Positions 1 to 10,443 of a stretch of 64,000 nucleotides of DNA are shown here, in pieces. Source of the stretch: Rhodoluna sp. (lineage in GTDB: Bacteria > Actinomycetota > Actinomycetes > Actinomycetales > Microbacteriaceae); NCBI GenBank assembly GCA_021741705.1, contig JAIOXP010000002.1, positions 7,499-71,498 on the forward strand, given 5' to 3'. The translations under genes and the position numbers were made by a program. The stretch's first letter is position 1; each line of letters starts with the position of its first letter. Under the pieces are notes generated by a model. It was not told the DNA's origin. It did not search any database and was given only the letters and a program-made list of their open reading frames with translations.

Positions 1-174
<174 letters not shown>

Positions 175-215
175 TTTCACAAACTCTTTCAAATTTGTCA
201 AGTATTTTTCAAAAA

Positions 216-236
216 CTTGAGTCGCGCCTGCTCAAG
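216..236. promoter_or_regulatory. HspR operator (HAIR) 2
   Basis: CTTGAGT-N7-GCTCAAG upstream of dnaK. Confidence 0.9.
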
Positions 237-315
237 TTCAACAACAGGGATCTGTTCACGCCGAATTTTCCGCCTTATAGGCGGAAACTGGCCATGCTTG
301 CGCTACCTTGTTGCC

Positions 316-1656
316 ATGACAAACACATCTGGAAACTCAAAGACCCGACTACCTAAAACCAAGCTTGGCCAGAAGGGCACCTTCGCCTGGGCCCTGTGGG
401 ACTGGGCAGAGCAGCCCTATCCCACCATCATGCAGACCTTCATCTTCCCGGTCTACTTAGCCTCCGCGGTGGCGGAGGCCGGCACCAATGCCGATGCGCT
501 GCTGGGTATCGCAACCGGTATTGCGGGCTTTGTCCTGGCGGTAGTCGCCCCGATTCTTGGTCGTCGCTCCGACATTGGTGGGCGCAGAAAGTTCTGGCTG
601 ATGACTAACACTTACGTGTTGGTTGGAATCATGATCGCCAGCTTCTTTGTCGAGCCCAAGGCAGAGTTCCTACTGTTTGGTCTAGTTCTTTATGGACTGG
701 GTTCCATTGTTCAAGAGACAGCTTTTATCAACTACTACGCGATGCTTAGATCCGTTTCGTCTCCAACTACCATTGGTCGAATCTCAGGCTACGCATGGGG
801 ATTGGGTTACCTCGGAGGAATCATCTTGCTTGCTGTTGCGCTATTTGGTTTCGTGTTGCCAGGAACAGTGTTTGGTGTTCCCGCTACTGACGGATTAGAA
901 GTTAGAACTGTCTTCTTGTTCTGTGCAGTTTGGACTCTAGTTTTCTCTATCCCACTACTTCTGAGGGTTCCTGAAATTGAAGGAAAGAAAAATGCACCCA
1001 AAGAAAGTATCTTTGCTTCCTACGGCAAGTTATGGGGGCAACTAAAGAGCCTATACAAGCAAGCACCAGACACTTTCAAGTTCTTGATTTCCTCTGCTGT
1101 TTACCGTGATGGTCTAGCTGGTGTCTTCACCTTTGGAGCAGTGCTTGGATCCCTTGCTTTTGGTTTCACTCAAACCGAGATCATCATCTTTGGTATGGGG
1201 GCGAACATAGTCGCTGGAATTGGAGCTGTGATTGGCGGTCGTATTGACGATGTCGTTGGATCACGAAACGTTATTGCGGCTTCCCTAATCGGCTTGATAA
1301 TCGCTGGATTTGGTGTTTTCTTGTTTGCAGACGCCGGACAGATAACCTACTGGATTGGTGGCTTGGCGCTTTGCTTGTTCGTAGGCCCAGCACAGGCTTC
1401 CTCTAGAACTTTCGTCTCAAGGTTCGCTCCTGAGGGTCGCGAAGGTGAAGTGTTTGGTTTGTATCAGACCACTGGTCGCGCAATAAGCTTCCTATCGGGT
1501 TTATTCTGGGCAACCGCAATCACAATTGCAGCAGTGGTTACCGGAGAAGAAAACACAACTATTTACGGTGTGTTGGGTCTGATGGTAATTCTGGTTGTTG
1601 GATTGGCGCTGCTACTTAGAGTAAATCCAAACCCGAAGGTTAGTTACTCTAGCTAG
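316..1656 (+). CDS. MFS transporter (UMF1/Atg22-like)
   Basis: About 12 hydrophobic segments and a WALWDWA N-terminal motif. Start moved to ATG 316 because the longer ORF overlaps the HAIR sites. Confidence 0.85.
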   Translation: MTNTSGNSKTRLPKTKLGQKGTFAWALWDWAEQPYPTIMQTFIFPVYLASAVAEAGTNADALLGIATGIAGFVLAVVAPILGRRSDIGGRRKFWLMTNTYVLVGIMIASFFVEPKAEFLLFGLVLYGLGSIVQETAFINYYAMLRSVSSPTTIGRISGYAWGLGYLGGIILLAVALFGFVLPGTVFGVPATDGLEVRTVFLFCAVWTLVFSIPLLLRVPEIEGKKNAPKESIFASYGKLWGQLKSLYKQAPDTFKFLISSAVYRDGLAGVFTFGAVLGSLAFGFTQTEIIIFGMGANIVAGIGAVIGGRIDDVVGSRNVIAASLIGLIIAGFGVFLFADAGQITYWIGGLALCLFVGPAQASSRTFVSRFAPEGREGEVFGLYQTTGRAISFLSGLFWATAITIAAVVTGEENTTIYGVLGLMVILVVGLALLLRVNPNPKVSYSS

Positions 1657-2249
1657 TTTTCTAGCGGAGCAGAACCAACATCTGTTCTATAGAAGTTTTT
1701 GTAACTTCTAGAAGCTGTTGGTCCGCGCTGGCCTTGATATCTTGATGAGTACTTCTCGCTGCCGTAAGGATGCTCTGAAGGTGATGTCAGCTTGAAAAAA
1801 CATAGCTGACCGATCTTCATTCCTGGCCATAGCTTGATTGGCAACGTTGCAACGTTTGATAGCTCGAGAGTTACGTGACCTTTGAAACCCGGGTCAACAA
1901 ATCCTGCTGTTGAGTGAGTTAGCAGCCCAAGTCTTCCAAGAGAGCTTTTTCCTTCTAACCTTGCTGCAACATCGTCTGGCAGTGTCACAAACTCATAAGT
2001 TGAACCAAGCACAAATTCTCCGGGGTGCAAGATAAACGGTTCGGTAGGGTCGACTTCGATAAGACGAGTTAGCTCGTCTTGCTGCTCGGCAGGATCGATG
2101 AATGCGTACTTGTGATTGTCAAACAATCTAAAGAATCGGTCTAATCGAACATCGATTGAGCTTGGCTGGAGTAAACCCATCTCGAGAGGGTCCAGGCCAA
2201 TAAGCCCCGCTTCGATACTTGCGCGTATATCGCGATCTGACATCAGCAT
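1653..2249 (-). CDS. dcd: dCTP deaminase
   Basis: [34 protein letters not shown] motifs. Confidence 0.96.
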   Translation of the reverse strand: MLMSDRDIRASIEAGLIGLDPLEMGLLQPSSIDVRLDRFFRLFDNHKYAFIDPAEQQDELTRLIEVDPTEPFILHPGEFVLGSTYEFVTLPDDVAARLEGKSSLGRLGLLTHSTAGFVDPGFKGHVTLELSNVATLPIKLWPGMKIGQLCFFKLTSPSEHPYGSEKYSSRYQGQRGPTASRSYKNFYRTDVGSAPLEN

Positions 2250-2311
2250 TGCTCTAGATTACTGCCTCGCCAAGCGTTGCTAGGGTAATAACTACCGGGA
2301 AAGGAATCACT

Positions 2312-3421
2312 ATGTTCGGTCACGAAGTGCGCGCCAGAATCTATTTCGTCCTAGCTGGCATCGGGCTAGTTACCGCCTGGTGGTTTAACGCAATCGCCTC
2401 TATCGAGGGTCAGGACTACATAAAGGCCTGGTTTGGTTCCGCTGTGGACTGGGTGCTCTCGCTGGATCTACTTATTGTGATTTTGGCTCTAGTTGTTTTC
2501 ATGCTCTACGAAGCAAAGAAGCTTGGCATGAAGCGAGTATGGCTGTATTTCTTAGCTTCTGGGATAACCGCGATGGCATTTACTTTTCCGCTGTTTATGG
2601 CCTTCAGGGAACTTCGCAAGCAAAAGATTGCCATGGCCTTTGGAAAGCTCGAGACCTTTACAGTTGACAACCACCGCGTTGATGTTTGGGTTCCAGAGAA
2701 AGTTGTCTCCTACACGCCGATACTGATGATGCACGATGGCAAGAATGTCTTTGATCCAAGGACTGCCTCTACCAATACGCCTTGGAGAATCCTGGATGCC
2801 CTTAGAGACAAGAGAATCAAGGCTGATCCACAACCGCTTATTGTTGCCGTTCATGGCCTAGGCCCTGGCACCAGAATGCTGGAACTTGCTCCAAAGGAAA
2901 TAGTCGAAGCGCATCCAGACATCTTTGACAACCTGCCTCTTGAATACAAACCAATTCATAAAACCTCTATGAACGGTGAATACAACGTTTTACTTGCCGA
3001 AAAGATACTGCCGATGGTTCTGGAAAAATACGGCATCGAGCATCAGATGGAACGAACTGCAATCGCTGGGGGTTCGATGGGGGGGCTTGCTTCCCTGTAC
3101 TTGATGAGCAAATACCCACATCTTTTCGGAGCAGCGCTTTGCTTCTCAACGCACTGGATTATCGGCCACGAATACATGTCGCAAGAACTTCCCAAGTATC
3201 TTCCAAATCCTGGCAAACACAAGATCTATACCGACAGTGGAACCGAAGGTTTGGATTTGTTCTATCCTCCCTTTCACAACAAAGCCATCAAGGGTTTTGA
3301 AGCTAGGGGATATGTTCGAGATAAAGACTTAATGTTTGGAATATTTCCTGGAACCGCCCACGAGGAAAGCGACTGGGCAGCACGGCTTCATCAGCCAATC
3401 AACTGGTGGCTGCTGGGCTAG
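2312..3421 (+). CDS. Membrane (DUF2834-like) domain fused to an alpha/beta-hydrolase esterase
   Basis: Three N-terminal TM helices ending AFTFPLFMAFRE, then HDGKN, GGSMGG nucleophile elbow and AHEESDW. Confidence 0.7.
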   Translation: MFGHEVRARIYFVLAGIGLVTAWWFNAIASIEGQDYIKAWFGSAVDWVLSLDLLIVILALVVFMLYEAKKLGMKRVWLYFLASGITAMAFTFPLFMAFRELRKQKIAMAFGKLETFTVDNHRVDVWVPEKVVSYTPILMMHDGKNVFDPRTASTNTPWRILDALRDKRIKADPQPLIVAVHGLGPGTRMLELAPKEIVEAHPDIFDNLPLEYKPIHKTSMNGEYNVLLAEKILPMVLEKYGIEHQMERTAIAGGSMGGLASLYLMSKYPHLFGAALCFSTHWIIGHEYMSQELPKYLPNPGKHKIYTDSGTEGLDLFYPPFHNKAIKGFEARGYVRDKDLMFGIFPGTAHEESDWAARLHQPINWWLLG

Positions 3422-4776
3422 AAAAGCTTTTCAACCGGTGCGGTCTTAACTCCGCTCATGAACCTGACCACGTCTTTATCAACCATGACATCTTGTTGCC
3501 TTATGGCGCGAGTCAAATACAGCCCTTCCAAAGAGCGAATTCGAGATAGCGCTACGTAGGTTTGCCCAGGACTAAAAGCTCCTCGACCAAGATCAATAAC
3601 TGCCTCGTCGTAAGTTTGCCCTTGAGATTTGTGAATGGTTACTGACCAAGCAAGCCTCAAGGGAATCTGTTGATACTCCGCCAGAGGAATAGTTACTAGC
3701 ACTTCTTTCACGCGACCAGTTTCTTCATCAAATTCTTCGTCAATTTCGTAACGAACTTTTTCCCAAGTTGCCTTCCCAACATCTAATCGTTCGCCATCAA
3801 CTTCTACAACCACTCCACCACTAGATGGCATGTCAACTACTTTTCCAATAGTTCCATTGACCCAGCGTCGAACTAATCCGTCGGAAGTTCTTTTGCCGTC
3901 ATCGTTTTTTATGAACATAACTTGGGCACCAACTTTTAGTTCAAGTAAAGGCTCCGCTGGAAGTGTTCTTCCAAATGCACTTTCATCACTTGCACTATAA
4001 ATCGCTTCAAAGGTCTTTGGTTTGGTCGTGAGCAAATTCATTCGCTCTTTGTTTGTTTTGTCAACGCTTGCATTTATCGTCGCCAGACGAATGATCTCCT
4101 CGTGAGAGGGGAACCTGTTTCCGGCAGCATTCAAGGTGTCGAGCATGTGCTGCTCGACTTCACCAACTCGAATCGCATTCAAAATAGTTTTGAAATCTTC
4201 GTCCGACTGACGGAAGATTTCGCCAAGCTCGAATCTTTCTAGGGAATCTTCGCGCCAGACTTTTGCATCGAAAAACCAAATGGATTGGTAGTTCTCGCTC
4301 ATGTAGTTTCGCTCTTCATTGTTTCCTGGAACCGGCGATAGCTGATACGGATCTCCGAACATAACAACCTGCGCTCCACCAAAAGGGAGCTTCCTTCGAC
4401 CCCTGGCAATTCCCATGGCTCTGGAGATTGCGTCCATCAAATCGGCATTGACCATCGAGACTTCGTCGATGATCAAAACATCCAAAGCCGCAAGAACTTC
4501 TCTGGTTCGTTTGTTCATGTGCCGTGCGAGATCTTGATCGGCCAGAATTCCAAAGGGAAAACCAAATAGCGAGTGAATGGTTACTCCGCCAACATTTAGC
4601 GCCGCAACACCAGTTGGAGCACACACAGCAACATTTTTTTGGGTGTTCTCAACCAGGTAGCTAAGCAGGGTTGATTTTCCGGTTCCAGCTCGGCCGGTAA
4701 TGAAGATGTTGTTTTCAGACTGTTCGATGTAATCGAAAAGGTTCTGTTGCTCAACAGAGAGTGTCACAGATTGCAT
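3418..4776 (-). CDS. Pif1-family (SF1B) DNA helicase
   Basis: GRAGTGKS, APTGVAA, IIDEVSMV, GDPYQL, FRQ, TIHKSQGQT, GQTYVALSR. Confidence 0.9.
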   Translation of the reverse strand: MQSVTLSVEQQNLFDYIEQSENNIFITGRAGTGKSTLLSYLVENTQKNVAVCAPTGVAALNVGGVTIHSLFGFPFGILADQDLARHMNKRTREVLAALDVLIIDEVSMVNADLMDAISRAMGIARGRRKLPFGGAQVVMFGDPYQLSPVPGNNEERNYMSENYQSIWFFDAKVWREDSLERFELGEIFRQSDEDFKTILNAIRVGEVEQHMLDTLNAAGNRFPSHEEIIRLATINASVDKTNKERMNLLTTKPKTFEAIYSASDESAFGRTLPAEPLLELKVGAQVMFIKNDDGKRTSDGLVRRWVNGTIGKVVDMPSSGGVVVEVDGERLDVGKATWEKVRYEIDEEFDEETGRVKEVLVTIPLAEYQQIPLRLAWSVTIHKSQGQTYDEAVIDLGRGAFSPGQTYVALSRIRSLEGLYLTRAIRQQDVMVDKDVVRFMSGVKTAPVEKLF

Positions 4777-6729
4777 CTAGGGCCTTTGGTTGATGCGATC
4801 TAGCATCTGGTTGTAACTATCTAGGTCTTTGTTGCCGCTTCGATCAGAAGCGCGGTCTAATCTGACCGAATCTCTTCGGTCTGATTTGAACCATTGCCAA
4901 GACACAATTATCGCGAGCGCGATGGTTGGAAGCTCGCCAATTGCCCAAGCGATTGCTCCACCGTTTTGCTGATCTTCCAATGGAGGAAGACCCCAGGTGC
5001 GACCCATAGCGCCAAACCAATCAGGAAGCAGTAATCCAGACCCTGTCATCAGAGCAAGTCCAAAGAAGGCGTGGAAGGCCATTACGAGTATGAGAGTAAT
5101 AATCCGAAACGGATAGCCAACTCTGGCAGGTCCTGGATCAATGCCAATAAGCGACTGAACAAACAGGTAGCCGGTGATCAAGAAATGAATAATCATCCAC
5201 TGGTGCCCGATGTGTTCGCGGGTGGCCCAATCAAAAATAGGCGTGAAGTAGAAAATCACCAAGGAGGCCGCAAAGTTGACTGCCGCGAAAGCAGGGTGAG
5301 CGATAAACATCGCTGGCTTGGTGTGAACAGCCCAGAGCACCCACTCCCTAACTCCCCTAGATTCATCCGTCCTTTTATGAACTGCCCTCATCAATAGAGT
5401 CACTGGTGCCCCTGGCACCAGCAGCACCGGTATCGCCATCGTCAGGCTCATGTGAGCGATCATGTGAACGCTAAATAGATACTCCTGATAGGCGTTCAAG
5501 GCACCGCTGGTTGTATAGATCAGTAGCAGCATGCCTGCCAGCCAAGAAACCGTTCTAGCTAACGGCCAGCTATCCCCGCGGAGCTTTAGAACCCTTACGC
5601 CAAGAAGATATGCCCCCATCGCAGCCAGGGCAATTACTAGCCAGAGAATATCGACCTTGGTGACGGTCAAAAAAGTCTCGAGGGTCAGTTCCGGTGGAAG
5701 CATCTCGCCAGTAAGAAACTGAGCTGGGGTTGGAACCACAAATTCCCCTTGCTCAACTGGGGGCGCGGTTCGAGCAAGAGCGGTGCCTGTGCCAACAGCC
5801 AAGCCCATAACCGATATCTCAAGAAGCGCTAACTTGAAGAACGAACCCCTCTGGTCAATCTTTTGAAGTATCCCTCTGCGATAGATCGCACCAAATACTC
5901 CAAGGGCAATCAATAGCCCAGCCTTTAGTATCAAGAGTGCCCCGTAAGGACTTGCCAAACTTTCAAAACTTGGCAGTCGGACATAACTAGATCCAATGCC
6001 CGATATGGCAACCAGCGCAAAGCTTGCTAACGCCAGTGAGGAATATCTCAAAGCCATCGGCTTGGAATTTCCTTGAAGTTCGGGGCGAATGGAAAACAAG
6101 GCAATTAGGCCCCCAACCCAGATCACAATTCCAACTAGGTGCATGAGCAAAGAGTTCACCGCTAGCGAGTGATTCTCTGTTCCCGAAGCGTGGCCAATAA
6201 GGGCTAGGGGAATCAAGCTAGCGAGTCCCAGAGCCGCCGTGAGGGCGGTTCCGGTGAGGGAGCTAACCATCAGTGCCAATGTTGCAATCGCGAGCGCTGC
6301 CAGGATATTTAGCCCAAATGAAATACCCAGCTCAATTTCGGTTGCATAAACCAGCAAGCCCTGGCTAAAGCTGGGCTCTAACGAAAAGCTCGCTCCAGAC
6401 ACTGAGATGAAACTCAGTAGAAAGTGTGCGGAACCTATAAGGACCCAAGCGGCAGCGGAAATAGCCGACAAGTTCAAGAGCTTGCGTAAAACAGCGGATT
6501 TATCGTTGGCCGCGAAGGCCGCCAAAACCATTGTCCCGATGGCCATAGCCATCGCTAGATTCATAAGGCCTTTAGCTATTGGGGTTCCGTAGCGAACTAT
6601 TGGACCTGGATCAGAAAACTGCAGTGGGTCGGCGCCGCCGCCGATTGCTAGCCCAAACATGATTGCAACCAACAGGCCGGAGACAGCGACCAAGATGGCA
6701 GCTAGGAAGCGGTTTTGAAGTAAGGTCAC
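4777..6729 (-). CDS. CopD plus cytochrome c oxidase assembly (CtaG/caa3) membrane protein
   Basis: Polytopic. GHA...H..WVGGL in the CopD half; FSVHMIAH, HAFFG, DQQNGG..W..GE in the CtaG half. Confidence 0.88.
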   Translation of the reverse strand: MTLLQNRFLAAILVAVSGLLVAIMFGLAIGGGADPLQFSDPGPIVRYGTPIAKGLMNLAMAMAIGTMVLAAFAANDKSAVLRKLLNLSAISAAAWVLIGSAHFLLSFISVSGASFSLEPSFSQGLLVYATEIELGISFGLNILAALAIATLALMVSSLTGTALTAALGLASLIPLALIGHASGTENHSLAVNSLLMHLVGIVIWVGGLIALFSIRPELQGNSKPMALRYSSLALASFALVAISGIGSSYVRLPSFESLASPYGALLILKAGLLIALGVFGAIYRRGILQKIDQRGSFFKLALLEISVMGLAVGTGTALARTAPPVEQGEFVVPTPAQFLTGEMLPPELTLETFLTVTKVDILWLVIALAAMGAYLLGVRVLKLRGDSWPLARTVSWLAGMLLLIYTTSGALNAYQEYLFSVHMIAHMSLTMAIPVLLVPGAPVTLLMRAVHKRTDESRGVREWVLWAVHTKPAMFIAHPAFAAVNFAASLVIFYFTPIFDWATREHIGHQWMIIHFLITGYLFVQSLIGIDPGPARVGYPFRIITLILVMAFHAFFGLALMTGSGLLLPDWFGAMGRTWGLPPLEDQQNGGAIAWAIGELPTIALAIIVSWQWFKSDRRDSVRLDRASDRSGNKDLDSYNQMLDRINQRP

Positions 6730-7190
6730 CTTTTAAGCTTAGGTAAAAACTTGCCGGTTTTATCCGCGTAGCTTGCGTAGTCAACGTATCTTGCGCGAAG
6801 TAGTTGCTCTTCAAAACTTGCCTTGTAATTGAGCAGAAAAACAAGGGCTATGAAAAACAACAGGTGCGGAAACAAGCCACCACCTAGGGCCATTGCCAAA
6901 CCAATAGCTAGCAGGCCCGTGTAAATGGGGTGCCTAGCAAATCGATACAAACCATCAGTAACTAACACGCCTTGTTTAGCTGGCATTGGATGGGCGGTAA
7001 GCGATTTTCCAAGGGCTATGAAAGAAAGGCCAAGAATCACAAGCCCCATGGCTAGCAGCACTGCGATAGCGATAGTTACCGTGAGCGTAAAGGGCCCGTA
7101 GTTGATTGAGTTTGCTGGGTACAAAATCAGCAACCCAAGCAGTATGAATTGGCCAATAACCAGGAGGTTGCCTTTTAGCGAGTTGTTCAT
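6726..7190 (-). CDS. Isoprenylcysteine carboxyl methyltransferase (ICMT/PEMT) family protein
   Basis: LVTDGLYRFARHPIYTG and EEQLL...Y..Y motifs. Confidence 0.88.
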   Translation of the reverse strand: MNNSLKGNLLVIGQFILLGLLILYPANSINYGPFTLTVTIAIAVLLAMGLVILGLSFIALGKSLTAHPMPAKQGVLVTDGLYRFARHPIYTGLLAIGLAMALGGGLFPHLLFFIALVFLLNYKASFEEQLLRARYVDYASYADKTGKFLPKLKR

Positions 7191-7217
7191 TGCCTAGCCT
7201 TTTGATTGAAAGTAATG

Positions 7218-7250
7218 AAAAAGGCACCGACCGGAGCCGATGCCTTTTTC
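7218..7250 (-). terminator. Intrinsic terminator after HU gene
   Basis: AAAAAGGCA...TGCCTTTTT hairpin just downstream of the hup stop. Confidence 0.65.
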
Positions 7251-7264
7251 TTCAAGAATGTAAG

Positions 7265-7537
7265 TTACTTGACTGAAGCCTTTAGCTTGGAGCCTGCAGA
7301 TACCTTTACGGTGTTTGAGGCTGCAATCTGGATAGTTGCACCAGTCTGTGGGTTACGGCCCGCACGTGCTGCACGGAAGCCCTTCTCCACTGATAGCCAA
7401 CCTGGAATGGTCACTTTGGTGCCCTTCCTGATTTCCTTGGCAATAGTGTCAAACATTGCGTCAACAATGCGGTTTACGGCAGCCTGTGACTCGCCAGTGC
7501 TATCTGCGATTGCAGCTACTAGTTCGCTCTTGTTCAT
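7265..7537 (-). CDS. hup: HU family DNA-binding protein
   Basis: MNKSELVAAIA...RAARAGRNPQTG; SD AGGAGG precedes ATG 7537. Confidence 0.95.
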   Translation of the reverse strand: MNKSELVAAIADSTGESQAAVNRIVDAMFDTIAKEIRKGTKVTIPGWLSVEKGFRAARAGRNPQTGATIQIAASNTVKVSAGSKLKASVK

Positions 7538-7645
7538 GTGGTCCTCCTGGACGATCTCTACGTGACTTGATGTCCGAATCAATCTAACGGCGGCCTATTG
7601 GCCTGGACCCTTTATTTCGAGACGGCGTGTTGCTATGGCTAAAAA

Positions 7646-7951
7646 CTACCAGCTGGACTTGGTAATGCCAGGCAACTCGCCTCGGTGCGCCATATCGCGG
7701 AATCTGATGCGGGAAACGCCAAATTTGGCCAAAACTCCCCTTGATCTTCCGTCGATTGAGTCACGGTTACGAAGTCTTACCGGGGAAGCGTTCCTTGGGA
7801 GCTTCTGAAGGCCTAGGCGAGCTTCCTCGCGCTGGGCATCGGTGGAATTAGGGTCTACTAGGGCCTTTTTCAGGGCTAGACGCTGTTCGGCGTAGCGCTC
7901 GACCACGATCTTGCGCTGTTCGTTACGGGCAATCTTGCTTTTCTTGGCCAT
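7646..7951 (-). CDS. rpsN: 30S ribosomal protein S14 (long, Cys-free form)
   Basis: [10 protein letters not shown]...RLRNRD..DGR...[11 protein letters not shown]. Confidence 0.97.
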   Translation of the reverse strand: MAKKSKIARNEQRKIVVERYAEQRLALKKALVDPNSTDAQREEARLGLQKLPRNASPVRLRNRDSIDGRSRGVLAKFGVSRIRFRDMAHRGELPGITKSSW

Positions 7952-7953
7952 TT

Positions 7954-8121
7954 TTAGCGCTCCTCGCGAAATTCGACGTGCTTGCGCACAACAGGGTCAT
8001 ACTTTTTCAAAGTAATGCGGTCTGGGTCATTACGACGGTTCTTCTTGGTTACATAGGTGTATCCGGTGCCAGCAGTTGAACGCATCTTGATGATTGGACG
8101 GATGTCCTTTTCTTTGGCCAT
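7954..8121 (-). CDS. rpmG: 50S ribosomal protein L33 (Cys-free form)
   Basis: Manual translation [55 protein letters not shown] (55 aa, below the track cutoff). Confidence 0.96.
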   Translation of the reverse strand: MAKEKDIRPIIKMRSTAGTGYTYVTKKNRRNDPDRITLKKYDPVVRKHVEFREER

Positions 8122-8131
8122 TTAGCTGTCC

Positions 8132-8368
8132 TTAGATCTTCTCGCCGCGGGCAAGCATTTCGCTAACCACAGACTCGATGCCACGAGCATCGATGACCTT
8201 GATTCCGCGAGCGGATAGTTGCAAAGTTACGTTTCTCTTTAGAGAAGGAACGAAGTAAGTCTTCTTCTGGATGTTTGGGTTAAAGCGGCGCTTGGTTTTG
8301 TTCTGAGCGTGCGAAACGGCATGGCCAAACTGTGGTTTGGTCTCAGTTACCTGGCAGTAAGCTGCCAT
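8132..8368 (-). CDS. rpmB: 50S ribosomal protein L28
   Basis: CQVT..KPQFGHAVSHAQNKTKRRFNPNIQ. Confidence 0.96.
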   Translation of the reverse strand: MAAYCQVTETKPQFGHAVSHAQNKTKRRFNPNIQKKTYFVPSLKRNVTLQLSARGIKVIDARGIESVVSEMLARGEKI

Positions 8369-8505
8369 TTGTTCCTCCTACTGGGCAAAACAAGCCAAAA
8401 TCAAGAAAATTTGCTTGAAAGCTTTTATTTGATTTGTGAATAAACCCTCACAACTCATGCCAGTCTAGGCCAATTTCTGACCTGTTTGCAACTTTTTTCT
8501 AAGGT

Positions 8506-9993
8506 CTAGAGCCCTGACCTAGGTCTTGAGGCAGTGATCTGGGTGAGTAGCTTTTGCCAAGAATGAAGGGTTTTGTCGGGGCCAGCCGATTTGGCCCAAT
8601 TAACCGCCTCGATCGAGAGTTTCGAGGCTAACTTTAGGTCGCCAAGGACCTTAGTTATTGCAGCAGCCAGGGCATCAATGTCGCCACTTGGCACCAATAG
8701 GCCCGAGTGCCCATCGGAAATCATTTCTGGTGGTCCGTACGAGATCTCATAAGAAATCGATGGGCAGCCAAGAGCCATGGCCTCTGCGATGGCCAGGGAC
8801 TGGCCCTCGTAGCTGCTTGTAAGGATATGACAAATAGCTGTGCGAGCTTGCTCGCGCGCATTTTCCCGGTAGCCATGCAAGGTGACTTTATCTTCGAGCC
8901 CTAATGAACCAATCAGCTTCTGGAGTTGATCTTTTTCTGGTCCGTCACCGTAAATGTCTAACTTGGCTTGGGGAAGTGATTGAGCAACTTTCTGCCAAGC
9001 CAAAATCGCGTGATCAACTCTTTTCACAGCAACAAGTCGCGTGATCATGATTGCGCGAAGCGGCTTCATGGAATTTCCGCTGGCAATAGCATCCAAAATG
9101 CTTTCTGAATCTGCCGGAATAGCTGGCGGATTTGGAATCACAAAACTTACCATCTCTGTTTTACCTAAGCGCTTTTCAACATCCAAGCTCTGTTGCTCGC
9201 TCAACCAAACCACGGCGTCGTATTTGTGCGCAGCACTAAGCCATTCGCTCCAGATTTTATCCATCGGGCTGTCCCAGTTATGCGGAGCTTGGGTATGTGA
9301 GCTATGAACGGTATGAACTAGATACGCACCCTTATACCCAAGAAAGAGCTCACCCACCTGTCTAGCTTCAGCAATTGCAACAATGGGAGCAGCAGGTTTT
9401 AGTTCACGAGTTTGCGAAACTACCACATCCCACCAAGCCCGATACAAAGCTCCAAAACCAGCAAGGCCGCCAACACGAGTTGCACTCTGTTTGTTGTCAG
9501 CAGTTTCAAACACATCGATAACTATCGGAGCTCGCCACCAATCAGCTTGCTCCAAAAACGGCAATCTAAAAAGCAGCGAGCCGCTGTTGTCAAAAAAGTC
9601 TGTATAGGAAATTGCCCCGTTCGAGTTTCGCGATACCAGTCGCCATGGAACTCCTTGGTGATCAAGTTCAACTTCGCCGGCAACTACTTCTTTGTTGGGA
9701 GTTGTGTTTTCAAGCGATGGTTCTGCTGCCTTTCGAAGAATGTCCGGTGATCTGCGAACTTCTTCTAGAAAGTTTCGAATTTTGGTTTTGTCAGTGGCTA
9801 ACCCAATCGCACGAAACTTATCCAAGAAAGGCTGGGGGTTGGGGTGAAGATCAACCGTGACAAGAGTCACTGGCAATCCAGAACTTGAAAGAAGCATTGC
9901 TCGTTGAAGAGTGGAAACGGTATGCCCACCGTCCAATCCAGGGCGAAGCCGACTGGTCAATACAAGAACAGCGGCGTCCGTAGTTTCCGACAT
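8506..9993 (-). CDS. GT4 glycosyltransferase (TagE/GtfA-like)
   Basis: TRLVAVKR, YGDGPE, TSSYEGQSLAIAEAMALGCP. Confidence 0.88.
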   Translation of the reverse strand: MSETTDAAVLVLTSRLRPGLDGGHTVSTLQRAMLLSSSGLPVTLVTVDLHPNPQPFLDKFRAIGLATDKTKIRNFLEEVRRSPDILRKAAEPSLENTTPNKEVVAGEVELDHQGVPWRLVSRNSNGAISYTDFFDNSGSLLFRLPFLEQADWWRAPIVIDVFETADNKQSATRVGGLAGFGALYRAWWDVVVSQTRELKPAAPIVAIAEARQVGELFLGYKGAYLVHTVHSSHTQAPHNWDSPMDKIWSEWLSAAHKYDAVVWLSEQQSLDVEKRLGKTEMVSFVIPNPPAIPADSESILDAIASGNSMKPLRAIMITRLVAVKRVDHAILAWQKVAQSLPQAKLDIYGDGPEKDQLQKLIGSLGLEDKVTLHGYRENAREQARTAICHILTSSYEGQSLAIAEAMALGCPSISYEISYGPPEMISDGHSGLLVPSGDIDALAAAITKVLGDLKLASKLSIEAVNWAKSAGPDKTLHSWQKLLTQITASRPRSGL

Positions 9994-10038
9994 GCTCGAA
10001 TCCTAACAAACCTCAATAAGTTGCCGTATTGAAAGAAA

Positions 10039-10443
10039 CTACTTTGCAAGTCTCTTTCTACAACTAGAGCAGTCGCCAAAGATATCAATCACGTGACTCG
10101 AGTTGGAAAAACCGTGCTCTTTTGCAACCTGGTCAGCCCAGGATTCAAGTTTGTTCGCTTCGATTTCGACAGTCTTGCCGCAGTTTCGGCAAATCAAGTG
10201 ATGGTGATGTCCACCACCGCAGGCTCGATAAAGCATCTCGCCATCGTTAGATTGCAAGGAGTCTGCTTCACCGACTGAAACCAAATCACTTAGCGCACGG
10301 TAAACAGTTGCCAGACCGATTGCTGGGCCTTTGTCTTTGAGTGATGAATGTAGTTGTTGCGCAGAACAAAAACCTGCTGATTCGGAAAGCGCTTCCTTGA
10401 CTGCGGATTTTTGCCAAGTATTGCGCTTTATCCCTTGTGGCAT
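10039..10443 (-). CDS. zur: Fur-family regulator, zinc uptake regulator Zur
   Basis: GLATVYRAL, HHHHLICRNCG, C-terminal CxxC; last gene of the znu operon. Confidence 0.88.
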   Translation of the reverse strand: MPQGIKRNTWQKSAVKEALSESAGFCSAQQLHSSLKDKGPAIGLATVYRALSDLVSVGEADSLQSNDGEMLYRACGGGHHHHLICRNCGKTVEIEANKLESWADQVAKEHGFSNSSHVIDIFGDCSSCRKRLAK

